Of a stretch of DNA of 64,000 nt, positions 11,909 to 23,273 are shown piece by piece. Origin of the DNA: Macrostomum lignano (lineage: Eukaryota); assembly GCA_002269645.1 (NCBI GenBank), contig NIVC01003781.1:13075-77074 (forward strand), written 5' to 3'. Every line of letters begins with the position of its first letter. The first letter of the stretch is position 1. Made by a program: the position numbers and the translations under genes. The notes under the pieces were generated by a model, which searched no databases, was not told where the DNA came from, and saw nothing but the letters and a program-made list of their open reading frames with translations.

Positions 11909-12585
11909 CACTCATAACATTTCGGCACAGAACATGTCATCAAAGTACTTATAACTAAGAAATCCAATTTCTGCTATTTTTCAATTTTGACGCAGTCGTC
12001 TACAGGCTCAATATGCTTGAATCCGTGTACGCCGAACTAGGAATACATTCTACTGAATCCGCAGCTCTGAAGGACCTGCTGCAGGTGTTTGAATGGCTCC
12101 CAGGCTTCTGCGGATGCATTGGTTCTTGTCTTCTGCTTTCGGCATCTGTTGCAGCATTTCTAACTGCATAAAAAGCCAGTCTGCAACAGAACTGCTTTTG
12201 CCCGATAGATTGGCTGCTGAAATGCATCATGAAACGAGAAAAAGCGAACTGCTGCAGGCTGCTTCAGTGGTAATGCAACACGGTGCTTGTGAGAACGGCA
12301 TTCTCCTGTTTTTTAAGGTAAAACAAACGCCACGATGGAGAGTGCCTCAGAATTCTCAAGGAAACCACACTGCCCCCATCCAAGGTGACGAGTTTTGCTT
12401 GTAGCAGCAATCGTCTCGCTAAACAATGCTGTTTGCAGATATCGAGTTTTAGCTTCAGCAAATAATTTGACTCTCTTCCCGCATGTAGGGCTACTCTCTT
12501 CTCCGTCCACGCACGCGTCGTTTGTACTTTTATCTTATCTCAAAATATTGTAGAAATAAATACAAAGATAAATACAAAAGCTGCT

Positions 12586-13690
12586 CTTAACTTAAGTTAA
12601 CTTAACTGTGGGGCTGTTCCGGAGGGGACACAGCGGGAAGGCTAATCCCCGAACGGCCGACGCGTCGCTATGGACGAAGGGTTGGCGCCGCCCAGGGAGG
12701 TCCCCCAGTGTCGCCAGCAGCTATAGTGCTCTCTGAAAAAGAGAGTTCAGCCCTGCTGGTGGCCCAGAGGTAGCGCATGAGCTGATTAAAAGTGTGGCCT
12801 GGAGGTAAGTGAGTCTGGCTTGCATGAAGGTAGGACAGATGCGGACGGAATGTTCAGCGGTTTCGTCACCTTAGTTACAAAAGCTGCACAGGCGTTGGTG
12901 GTGTTGCCCTGCAGGTACTGGTGCCTGCAGAAGCAGCCGTGACCCGAGAGGGCAGCCCGGATGTCTCTTCGCGAGAGGCGCAGGAGGAGCTTCCGGAGCT
13001 GGTGAGAGGGCTGAGGGACAGCGCCTCTGGATTGCCTGCAGGTAGTGCAGTTCGCCCAAGCTGAGCGGTGCTGGGTCCTGATCCACGCCTTGATGCGCGA
13101 GTTGATGACACAGCCAGGAATCGGGACAAGGGGTTCGGGGCCGAGAGAGGAGCCGGAGGCACCAACTTTTGCAAGGATGTCAGCCAACTCATTTGCTCGG
13201 ATCCCCACATGCCCCGGAACCCACTTAAGGGTTATTTTGTTGGTGGAGCGCAACATGTTGAGGAGTTTGATGCAGTCGAGGACTGTAGCAGAGTTGGTGC
13301 TGCAGCCACTGATGGCGTGCAAGGCAGCTTGGCTGTCCGAATGGAAAATGATGTTCTTGCCGGTTACGCCAGTGGCGAGAAGCTCTGCAGTGCAGGAGCT
13401 GATGGCGAGAACTTCATTTTGGAAGACACTGGAGTTGACCCCAGTATACTGAGCGTGGTTTGCGATGACCCTCCCGTTCAGGAAGATCCCAAAACCAAAG
13501 CTGGTGTTGACTGACTGCTTTAAACCATCGGTGGTAGCAGTGGAGCTCACCAGGGTTCCAGTGGTCATTGATGGTATCGCGCGGGTCGATAGCTACGGAG
13601 TAGCGTTGTCTCAGATTGAGCGTTGAGGCAATGCCATCGGTGAAGACGCGATTGGCCTGACACTCGTTGAGAATGTTGAGGCACAGGTCA
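12586..13690 (-). mobile_element. 5'-truncated non-LTR retrotransposon 3' end with RNase H and CCHC knuckle (I-group, LOA/Lian-like)
   Basis: VFTDG, SVFQNEVLAI, FHSDSQAAL and WVPGHVGIRANELADILAK are RNase H motifs; downstream frameshifted CSFCN*GDETAEHSVRIC; short TAAGT-like tail near 12586-12606. Confidence 0.85.
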
Positions 13691-14121
13691 CATGGGATGG
13701 GAACTGCAAAGATCCACTTGGAAACTGCAAAGATCCATTTGGAAACTACAAAAATCCGTTTAGAAACTACAAAAATGATTATGTGAGATGAGATTGCACG
13801 CAGTGGAATTTTGCTCATTCCGTCAGCAGAGCCAGTGCAAACGCAGACTAAAATCCAACACACTGGAACAGGCATTTGCTCCAGTGCAAGATTGCAATAC
13901 ACACAATATTCCTAGCACAATGCTTCGCTCATGGTCGAAAAGGCATGCACAAAAGCGTCTAAACTTTCACAAATTGTGAATATTCTAAAATTTTTTTTTA
14001 GGTTTAAATGACTCCAAAATTTTGTAGAAAACTTTTAAGTGAGAGTTGAAGCCACAATGGAGTCACAGCTCAGTGCCAGCCAGCCCAGCCGAGTGAATTC
14101 ACGGTCACTCCCTGCCGAGCT

Positions 14122-14883
14122 TCAGTCGAACGGGGATGCGCACTCGCACAGGAACCGGTCGCAGCCTGAGTAGCCTTCCGGCATGTCCGTGAGATATTTA
14201 AAGCCCGAGAATCGACCGAGCCAGTGCTCTTTGCCTCCAGAATCATTCGGTTCGCCAGAGGCCCACAGGCCGGCGTCCACGGTGATGTTGCAGCCGACCC
14301 AGTGCCAGCCGCCTGCCGGCTCCGCGCTGCCGGGTGGCTGGAAGCCTCCGAGCCACATCGAGCTGCCGCTGGCGTAGAGAGACCGCAGCGACTCCACGTG
14401 GCTCATCTCTGAGCTGCTCGTCACGTCCGCCATGATCACCAGACCGCTCTCCGACTCGCACTTCTGCCGGCTCGTCTCCCACAGTTTGTCAGCGCTGTTG
14501 TAGACCTTGTACCTGACTCCACACAGGTTGTCGCCGTATCCGGGCGGACACAGCAGTCCCGCCGGCAGTCCCGGCTGCTGCTTCACGAACACTCGGCCTC
14601 GTCTCGAGCAGCCGCAGTCCCTCACAGACTTGCTGCACTTGTTGAACTCGAACAACTGGCACGGACCGTCGGACAGGCTGAAGGCCTGGCACTGCGGCCT
14701 CAGGCGGCACAGAATGGCGCACTGCAGCTCCGAAGCGACTCCAGCGAAGGTGCGGACGAAGTCGCTGTTGATGCACAGGGAGCCGTCGATCGGAGAGAAC
14801 TTGGTGCTGCAGACCGGATCCCGAGTTGATTCATCCGCAGCAGCAACTGCCAGAACAGTCAGAGCCAGGAGCACGGACAGCAT
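14122..14883 (-). CDS. PAN + C-type lectin copy 3 (253 aa from the ATG at 14883, intact, EPN, unique C-terminus)
   Basis: Signal peptide MLSVLLALTVLAVAAA follows the ATG at 14883; the upstream ORF extension does not look like signal or domain sequence. Same architecture as copy 1. Confidence 0.88.
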   Translation of the reverse strand: MLSVLLALTVLAVAAADESTRDPVCSTKFSPIDGSLCINSDFVRTFAGVASELQCAILCRLRPQCQAFSLSDGPCQLFEFNKCSKSVRDCGCSRRGRVFVKQQPGLPAGLLCPPGYGDNLCGVRYKVYNSADKLWETSRQKCESESGLVIMADVTSSSEMSHVESLRSLYASGSSMWLGGFQPPGSAEPAGGWHWVGCNITVDAGLWASGEPNDSGGKEHWLGRFSGFKYLTDMPEGYSGCDRFLCECASPFD

Positions 14884-15379
14884 GGTGTTGCTGTCAAAGC
14901 CTGTTCTGCTCAGCTTGTGCCGCTCAGCCTGGGTGCCGTGGCACCATTTATCAGAATTCACTCCCTGCAATGAGATTCAATGAGATTCAATGAGATCCTC
15001 ACGGCCCCTCATTGGCTGCTATGAGCATTTTTGTTCTGGTTGGTTTCCTGAGACCGTGAAAGTCCGTTTGACTGAATGAGTCAGGCAGAGCAACAGCCCT
15101 CAGGCCGGAAACTTGCTTGCACCGAGTCAGACAACCATTATCGCTCATTGCAACTGGCCATGAATAGAAGCCCTTTGACTTAGAGATGCTTTGAAAGCTG
15201 GAGCTGCTCAGACTGGTTCTCACTCTGCCCCTTAGCGCAGCTGGAGCAGGAAGAGATCCAAGAGCTCTGCAAGTGGACTAAGTGGACTAAGTGTTCAAAG
15301 GGAATGTCATGTCAAGTCTGTCATTGTTCTACCCGGCAAGAAAGTCGGCGTGAAGGCGCTCACGACCGTGATGGTACGG

Positions 15380-16030
15380 GTGTACATTGCGTACGCCCTC
15401 TGTAAATCGAAATTGAAACGAAATTGAAACATTTAGCCAGCAAGTGACCGGTGCTCTTGCTCTCAAACCCCCGTTTTGACTGCCTAGGAGGTTGGACGCC
15501 TAAGCCTCTGTCGCGCTCTATTTATTATCTATCTTATCTTATCTACGAGCCCAGCCTTCGTCTAGTTCATTCAAACTCCAATCGTACTCGCCATCGAAGG
15601 TGAAGGTCCAACAGCCCCTGGTCCTCGCCGCTGCACATGGTGTCGAACAATGATGTTACGGTGCAGGATCGGCAGTTCCGCCTGCCCGAGCAAAAGTACA
15701 ACGCGTTTAACCGTAAGCTGCTCGCCTTGTATCTGGTTGTCCGGCACTTCCGCTACGCCCTCGATGTCCAGCACGTGGAAGACAAGGATAACCCGGTCGC
15801 GTACGCGTCACGGTCGCTTTGGTGCAGCTCCGGCTGCCGGAAATTCCATCAAGAGGTCACCCACCAAATTCAGCGGTGGCCACCCACCACCGGCCGCTCG
15901 ACATGACGGCAGCCAACTCGCCGGTGCAGACCAACAACGTTTGATGCATGGCTCAGTGCTTGGGGGGGGGGGAGCGTGTGGCGGCTAGGCATGCCTGTGA
16001 CCGGTGCTCGTGCACTCAAACCCCTGTTTG
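15380..16030 (+). mobile_element. Internally deleted Gypsy relic
   Basis: EQKYNAFNRKLLALYLVVRHFRY...VQHVEDKDNPVA resembles Gypsy RNase H; CA|TGGTGTC PBS-like junction near 15636; G-rich PPT then TGTGG near 15961-15982; direct repeat GTGACCGGTGCTC.TGC.CTCAAACCCC at about 15444 and 15997. Ends uncertain. Confidence 0.6.
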
Positions 16031-16189
16031 TTTTTTTGATCCGGACAGTCAGTTTTAAAACAGATACAGCATGTCCCAGACACCCAGGTAACAGCAACGT
16101 AATAAATTGCATTTTTCGGAGTTCAACTCAAAGAACTAAATGTACTTTTAGCAAACAGAAATAAAATACAAGAATACAAAGAAGACAAA

Positions 16190-18300
16190 ATTCAGTTTTC
16201 AGTTTCCCATCTCATTTTTTCTAAGGATCGATACGGAACAATACCCCATTGTAGTCGCTGGATGCGAGCCTTCGGAGCTGTAAAAACTGCTCCCCTCAGA
16301 ATTCCAGTGTGCATCGGTGAGATTAACTGAGCAACGCTTTTTACATTATCCGCGGCGGATCTCCAAACAAAAGACCTCGACGTTCGAAGTCTTGCATCCT
16401 CGCAGGGAAAAAGTTGAAGGATAAAGACAGCAGCAGGGGTCCAAGCAGCGCACGAAGGAAGCTCGCGCCTGAGAGCTACAGGCCGTCGGCTGTTACAGCT
16501 CGGTCTGCACAATGGTCGCGCCAGAAACCAGGACTGGGTGCCATAGGAACCTGTGCTAGCAGTCGGAGCGTCGTTGAGGCTATGAGGCGAAACTCGAGCC
16601 GGTCTTCTTTCGAGCTTTGCAGAATGATACCTCCCGCTTTTGTCAAGCACAACGCAATGTCGAGCACGGGTTCGTCATGAACCGGCACCCGGTGGTGCTG
16701 CTCGGGAATAGCGATGGCGATCTCCAAGAGCGCACGTAGCAGCGGCTTGGCAGGTTTGGCCACCTTGCAGAACCGGCTCAGCTTTCCTACCCGATCCTAA
16801 AGGCAATGATTTTGCAGGCTTCTTGCCCTCACGCAGTCCATTCTACCTGTCGACAGGTAACGACAGCTGGCTGGGCTGAGCGCCTTGGACCAATTGCTCT
16901 CAAAGCCGAGCCGCTGCAGGGTGGCCAAGAGAAACTCTTGCAGCACCCGGTAAACCTCATAGTCTCTCGCTGTGATGCAAAAGTCGTCCAGATAAGCTAT
17001 GATGGCAAAGTTAGATAGTTGCAAACGCAGCCGAAAGATTCTGACTGACTGACCAGTAGATTTGAAGCGGCAGGTCGACACCCGTGACCTCGTAGCAGTC
17101 CGGGTGTACTTCAACACCTCGGTAGTCATGGCGAAGGTCGATCTTGCTGAGGAAACAGCCTGGCGCCAGCAACCCAGTGAGTTCCTCGACGTTGGCGAAC
17201 TTCTGCTTCTGGCAAGGCTTGCACGGATCGTCGATGCTGCGGTCTTGAGGCATTGCCGATCAGGCCAATGGCTCCATCTGCTTTGGCGATGGCACCGAGT
17301 GGGCTGATGATGGTCAGCCTGGCAATGCCGAGGTCAGTCGCGCTGATGTAGCACCTGGCCAGCATCTCTTCTCGGATCTGCTTGTCAAGGGTGTGCCGAT
17401 TTTATTCGCAGCGGGGTGTTGATTCTCAAGCTGGGCGTCACCAACCAGGACAGAATCTATGATGCGAAAGCCATCACGGATACAAGTGCTTAAAAATTCA
17501 GTGCCGGAGTCACCACGCTAAACCGGTGTCCGGGCAGATGATGGCAGTGACCAGCAGTTGGCTCGGAAGCAGGGTGGGCGGTGATGTCAGCAGGGTGGGC
17601 GGTGATGTCAGCAGGGTGGGCGGTGATGTCAGCGGGGTGAGCGGCAAAACGAGCATGATAACCGCAGCAACTTAAGATATTTGGTCGCTTAGCAGACCTT
17701 ATTGGCTCATTGCTAAAACAGGGTCTGCTGCGGCCCCGCCTCGGTGCTCAGGTTTTTGGTCCAGAGGCTCCCGAACGTGCTGAAGCCTTGAGTGGCTCCA
17801 CTTGCAGATGCGTCAGATGTGAGCGAATTTGCAGTTGTTTCTGTGGCAACCTTTGGCGCTATTGAACAGGCCGCAAATTATCTGTCCAGATGCTCCACTG
17901 CTCTGCTCCGTTACCTTGGACTCCCTGACTGACGGCCACTTGGCCAGCAGCTCGCAGATTTTTAGGGACCGTCAGGCGCTTCAAAATCGTGTTCAAGTTG
18001 CGCTGTCGCGAGTGCTGCAGCCGCCTCATGTCTCGATCGTACTTAACCAACAGCTCACCAGTGTGGATATTGAAGCTGGGGTAGGTTAGCTTCTTGAAGT
18101 TGAGCTCTTCATGCGCGCCCGGCGTCACCAACTGCCCAGTCTCCAGGAGCTGAGGAGCTTCTGCATGATACGCGCTGCATGGCGTTCCTGCGTCAGCCAT
18201 CCTCCCGACTACAGCTTCTCATTCAGAAAGTCGGCCGGGGATGAGCTGAGCAGTGCTGCAGATGGTTGCAGCCAAATCATACTTGAGCTGCCGACCCTGG
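16190..18300 (-). mobile_element. Decayed DIRS/Ngaro-type retrotransposon (gag, RT and RNase H remnants)
   Basis: Fragments LLAPGCFLSKIDLRHDYRGVEVHPD, IIAYLDDFCI...LQRLGFESNWSKAL and AKPAKPLLRALL...HHRV match DIRS-like RT/RNase H; upstream LLVKYDRDMRRLQ resembles DIRS/Ngaro gag. Many frameshifts; no tyrosine recombinase seen. Confidence 0.65.
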
Positions 18301-18915
18301 CCCCCGAACAGGCTGGAGTGAATGCCCGGCTTTTCGCTGGCTGGCAAGCAGCGCTTTGGCTTCGCTCCGGGTCGATTGGATCTCTTTTCACAGCTGGTCT
18401 CAGCCCTTTTGAGGGCTTACACAGTCATGCTGTTAAGATTTTGCTTCATTGTGCAGCGCGAGGCTGGTGAGGCAGTCAAAAATAGCAGATCCTTTAACAA
18501 GCGTCTCATTGCATTGTTGCATCAGACGCACCACTGGTAAATGGAGTTCCAAGAGGCTGTCTTCAGAGTGAATCTGTTGTGTCTATTGTCTATTATTCTA
18601 TTCAATGTGTCAGAGTTTAGAAATCATTCAAATGCACTACAAGCACAAACACTAGCGTTTTTTGTGTCAATCATGCTCGGTTCTTAGGCCAAACAAGAGA
18701 TCCTTTCAGTCAAGTTGATCGGATTTCTAAGTGCGAATAAAATGTTAGGAATATTTTTAATACATCAAACAGATTCTTTAAAATATTCTACAAACTACTA
18801 ACACCATGAAAGACATTCAGTAAAGACACATATAACTTCACGCGAAAATTACTGAAATAACTTGAAGTATGTCTGAAAAAAGCGATTCTGTGCTGTGAAT
18901 TTCTGTTAGTTACCT

Positions 18916-19029
18916 GCCATTGGCTCACCACAGGCCGGCGTCCACAGCAATGTTGCAGCCAAACAAGAAGCGACTCCACGTGGCTCATCTCTGAGCTGCT
19001 CGTCACGTCCGCCATGATTACCAGACCGC
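18916..19029 (-). pseudogene. Orphan fragment of the lectin family (copy 4)
   Basis: Contains GAAGCGACTCCACGTGGCTCATCTCTGAGCTGCTCGTCACGTCCGCCATGAT.ACCAGACCGC (GLVIMADVTSSSEMSHVESL) joined by deletions to NI.VDAGLW-like sequence. Confidence 0.85.
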
Positions 19030-19842
19030 ACTGTAGAGATTTCCAAACATAGTAGACTACTAGAAATAGTAAGATAAAATTATAAATACAAATTTAAAAA
19101 TAGCAATGCGTCATACTCTATTTTTAGTAATTACCAGTAATATCACGAAAACAGCGAGAGACTATTCTAGCACAAATTGTTCTCAACATCTATTTTCAGA
19201 ACTTCCAAATATGGTAAATGTTAATCTGAATGCCACCCAAGTCTCACCCTTTTCTATTCAAAAACCCCACCTGTCAATACCTGACCTTACCTGATCAGTA
19301 GATTTTGAATTCGAGGCCTCCCTATTCCTAAGGGAGTGGATAGGATCTGCGGACCGATTCCGATACTCTTAGAGGATTATTGATTTGATTGATTTTGGCA
19401 CCCTAGAGTAACCGATAGGAGCACACGACTCCGATTCCGTTATTTCTAGAAGAAGACGCCCTTTTCTGGAGGACCTCGTCATTGTTAGAGTTGACTTTGC
19501 TAATACGGCGCATCTCTGATTTCTGCACTCGAGAATACTTTGACGCCGACGGGTTAAATTGTTACGCTCTCATATTCGGCCGATTCTCAGAACACAAGAA
19601 GACAACTCCGGAGGAAGACTACGAGCTCTACAAACCCGCCCGCCCGAGGTCTGGAAGTGGGAGTTCGTGCGTTTAGACACTAGACTTAATTCTCTCTCCT
19701 ATTCTCTTTCTCTCTCTCTCTCTCTAGTGTGCTAAAGCGAACTCTTCAGCATGTCGACTTTTTCGGCTGCCTGGCTTCCCTGGGTCTCGACACCAGGACA
19801 TCCGCGTGAAAGCTATGAGAGGGTTAGGGGGTTAGGTGTTCC

Positions 19843-20400
19843 TCATCAACATCAGCATCACCATCAACAACAACAGCATCATCAACATCAGCAACATCAG
19901 CATCAGCAACATCAGCATCAGCAACATCAGCATCAGCAATATCAGCATCAGCAACATCAGCATCATCAACAATAGCATCATCATCAACAACATCATAATC
20001 ATCATCCACAGCAACATCAACATCAGCATCAGCAACATCAGCATCATCCACAGCAACATCAACATCAGCATCAGCAACATCAGCATCAGCAAAATCAGCA
20101 TCAGCAACATCAGCATCATCCACAGCAACATCAACATCAGCATCAGCAACATCAGCATCAGCAAAATCAGCATCAGCAACATCAGCATCATCAACAACAG
20201 CATCATCATCAACAACACCATAATCATCATCCACAGCAACATCAACATCAGCATCAGCAACATCAGCATCAGCAACATCAGCATCAGCAAAATCAGCATC
20301 AGCAACATCAGCATCAGCAACATCAGCATCATCAACAACAGCATCACAATCAACAACAGCACCATCATCAACAACAGCATCATCATCAACAACATCATTA
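19843..20400. repeat. Compound CAT/CAA/CAG trinucleotide low-complexity tract
   Basis: Direct reading; explains the poly-ISN, DADV and MLL ORFs. Confidence 0.95.
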
Positions 20401-20627
20401 GCGAACATCTTTATGCTGCTCCTCTAGCTTGGACTATGCTCCGAGTATACGAGCTCACCTTAAAGCCAAGGAGTAGGCTGCGCACTCGGACAAAATTAAT
20501 CCAAAAACAATGACTCATTGGTTTATTGCTTGCCAAGATTAAATATTGTTCGACTGATAAGCATCAGATTTTTCTCAAGCCAAAGCCGCCATGCTGGGGG
20601 CTCCCAAAGCCAGTCTGCGATGCGTAC

Positions 20628-21362
20628 TCAGTCGAAGGGCGACACACACTCGCAGAGGCCGAAGCTGGCCGACGTCAGATCCGTCAGGCCGCCACTTCCG
20701 GACACGGCGGCGAGCTTGTCCTGCCCGCCTTTGTCATTTGGCTCACCGGAATGCCACAAATCGGCGTCCACGGTGATGTTGCAGCCGACCCAGTACCAGC
20801 CGCCATCAGGCTCCGCGCTGCCGGGTGGCTGTAGGCCTCCCAGCCACAGAGAGTTGCCATCACGAAGCGACTCCACGTGGCTCATCTCTGAGCTGCTCGT
20901 CACGTCCGCCATGATCACAAGACCGCTCTCCGACTCGCACTTCTGTCGGCTCGTCTCCCACAGTTTGTCAGCGCTGTCGTAGACCTTGTACTTGACTCCA
21001 CAGAAGTCATCTCCGTATCCGGGCGGACACAGCAGTCCCGCCGGCAGTCCCGGCTGCTGCCTCACGAACACCCGGCCTCGTCTCGAGCAGCCGCAGTCCC
21101 TCACAGACTTGCTGCACTTGTTGAACTCGAACAGCTGGCACGGACCGTCGGACAGGCTGAAGGCCTGGCACTGCGGCCTCAGGCGGCACAGGAGGGCGCA
21201 CTGCAGCTCCGAAGCGACTCCAGCGAAGGTTCGGACAAAGTCGCTGTTGATGCACAGGGAGCCGTCGATGGGAGAGAACTTGGTGCTGCACTGCGAGGCC
21301 TCATCCGCTGCTATTGAAGTTGCCAGACCTGCAGCCAGGCACAGCAACAGCAGGGAACTCAT
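20628..21362 (-). CDS. PAN + C-type lectin copy 5 (244 aa, intact, EPN)
   Basis: Signal peptide, PAN-like domain and CTLD as in the other copies. Confidence 0.88.
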   Translation of the reverse strand: MSSLLLLCLAAGLATSIAADEASQCSTKFSPIDGSLCINSDFVRTFAGVASELQCALLCRLRPQCQAFSLSDGPCQLFEFNKCSKSVRDCGCSRRGRVFVRQQPGLPAGLLCPPGYGDDFCGVKYKVYDSADKLWETSRQKCESESGLVIMADVTSSSEMSHVESLRDGNSLWLGGLQPPGSAEPDGGWYWVGCNITVDADLWHSGEPNDKGGQDKLAAVSGSGGLTDLTSASFGLCECVSPFD

Positions 21363-21473
21363 GGCAGAGCAGAGGCTGGCTGTCTGCTTCCCTGACTGTT
21401 TTGGCCGAAGAGCGCTTTGTTTCCTTCCTTTATCCCTAACAGGGTTCTCCTTTCCAGCTGCTGTTGTTTCCTA

Positions 21474-21487
21474 GTTGCCATAGCAAC
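21474..21487. promoter_or_regulatory. RFX X-box GTTGCCATAGCAAC, about 112 bp upstream of the lectin copy 5 ATG
   Basis: Identical to 11658-11671, while the surrounding upstream sequence is largely unrelated. Confidence 0.65.
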
Positions 21488-22402
21488 GGTTAGGGAGTCT
21501 CGCGCGGCTTGTGGCTTAATTTGATTGCGAGGCGCAGTCTGGATTGACAGCTTCGCGACCTCATAGGGGCTTAGCTGAACTCGCACTGGAGTGCCTCTGC
21601 ACATCAAGCTCTGCATTCAGTCGTCAAGCTGCTGCCAAACGTCATTTCATTGTTGCAATGAACTCACCCCATCGAACACGGCCCTGTCAACTACTGATAG
21701 TTTGGCCTCTGCTCAGCCACTCATTATGAATATCTGGCCTCGTTCAAAGCTTTTCGTCTAGGCCAGGGTCAACATCTGAGGTTGCAAACTGACATTTTAG
21801 AAGCGTACCCGGCACCCCAGAGGAGATGTCTCACTGTGTAATCTCAAGTCTCTCAACAAATGCCCTGATCTCAAAATGTCACCAGCTGTAAGAACAATAA
21901 AAAATACAACTACCACCACAACAACAAAAGCAAAAACATAAACTACTACATCAAAAACATCAACAACTGCATGCTGCCCATCCTCGGCAGCTTGTCTAGT
22001 AGACTCGGTCTGAGAACACACGCACTGCAACATCATCGACGACACGATAAGAAATTAAAAAACGACATCAATAAAAGCAATAAGAAACGCCAGCAGGAAG
22101 TACAACGAAACTCTGAGCTCTGCCTGCCCCCTGCTATTACGGTGCCTGCAGCTCCTTCTAGGGCGGAAGGCGGTGGGCAGTACGACTCGGCGTTGATGAT
22201 GAGGCCTGCCAGCTGGAGTCCCCAACCGTGCGATGACAACTCACTCGGTCACGGCGCACACGAACTTCTTCAACCACAATTAGGCCATTGCTGAGGCAAT
22301 GAAATTCTTGTGGCAAACTCGTTAGCAGAGAGTTATAGTTGATGTAGCTTGAGCCACTTGGATTCCCACTTTTATATTAGTTTTATAATGTAAGCCTCGT
22401 AC

Positions 22403-22703
22403 GGCTTGTAGCCAAGTGGTTTCGAGCGTCGGACTCACGACTTGAAGGTGGGGGGTTCGATTCCCGGTCCCACTGGAACAATTTGTGTCCTTGATCAAGA
22501 CACTTAACTCTGCATTGCTTCAGTTCACCCAGCTGTAAAGTGGGCACCAGCATTAGCTGAGGTAATTGAGGGTGTGTGTGGCGACCCCCCAGTCCTTGGA
22601 CTGAACAGCCGTACGCAGCCTTCAGATGCGCTGCGCAATGGCTGCGGCTGAGCTGTCGTTGCACATCTACTGCCCATTGGGGGCATGTGTAATCAATTAT
22701 ATT
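22403..22703 (+). mobile_element. tRNA-derived SINE (Deu/Nin-domain-like body)
   Basis: A box TAGCCAAGTGG (22409), B box GGTTCGATTCC (22454), body GTGTCCTTGATCAAGACACTTAAC...CAGTTCACCCAGCTGTAAA, ATT-type tail; second copy near 41.1-41.4 kb. Confidence 0.8.
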
Positions 22704-23273
22704 GTAAACTGTGCGTACGAATTATTTATGATGCATTCACGCATGGAGTGCTTCTCTGTAGTGTGTCTTCACCCACCAGCTGAGTCCGCTCAGTTTGATT
22801 GGGTAAACTGCTGTGTCAGCAGAGACTCCTGCCAAGGGCGGAGGTTTTAGAAAGTTTTCCTGCACTGCTGTCAGGCGTGCGGGCTGTCAAAAACTCTTGA
22901 ACTCAGACATCAAATCGTAGGCTGCCTTAACATCTGAAGTCAAATTAATCAGTAACCGCTTTGAGTAGTATGAAAAGCAAATTCTCAAGAAAGAATTTAA
23001 CATAAAAAACTAGTTTGCAGATTTGCAAAAATGTCTGCTTTTGATTTCGCTGCTCAAATAGTTTATGAATGCGTTTTTCGGGGCCAAGCAGTCACTGGGG
23101 CACCCAGTTGTCACATGGGGAATTTTATTCTGTCTACTTCAACTCGCATCGGCTTTTTTCAAGTTGTGCAGCTGCATCTGAAAATTTTACTGCGCGTTTC
23201 TCAGCAGCAGGATGAGAGCCAAACGTTCTTAAAACTTTTGCTTACTTGCGTTGATCTTCTTCAAAGAGGAATT

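Noticed and set aside
19817-19838. GGGTTAGGGGGTTAGG telomere-like words
   Set aside because: Only two imperfect units; not an interstitial telomere.
19824-20513. Long ORFs of poly-DADV, MLL and ISN
   Set aside because: By-products of trinucleotide low-complexity DNA.
22403-22475. Possible tRNA gene
   Set aside because: A and B boxes run straight into a SINE body shared with the 41-kb copy; no convincing cloverleaf.
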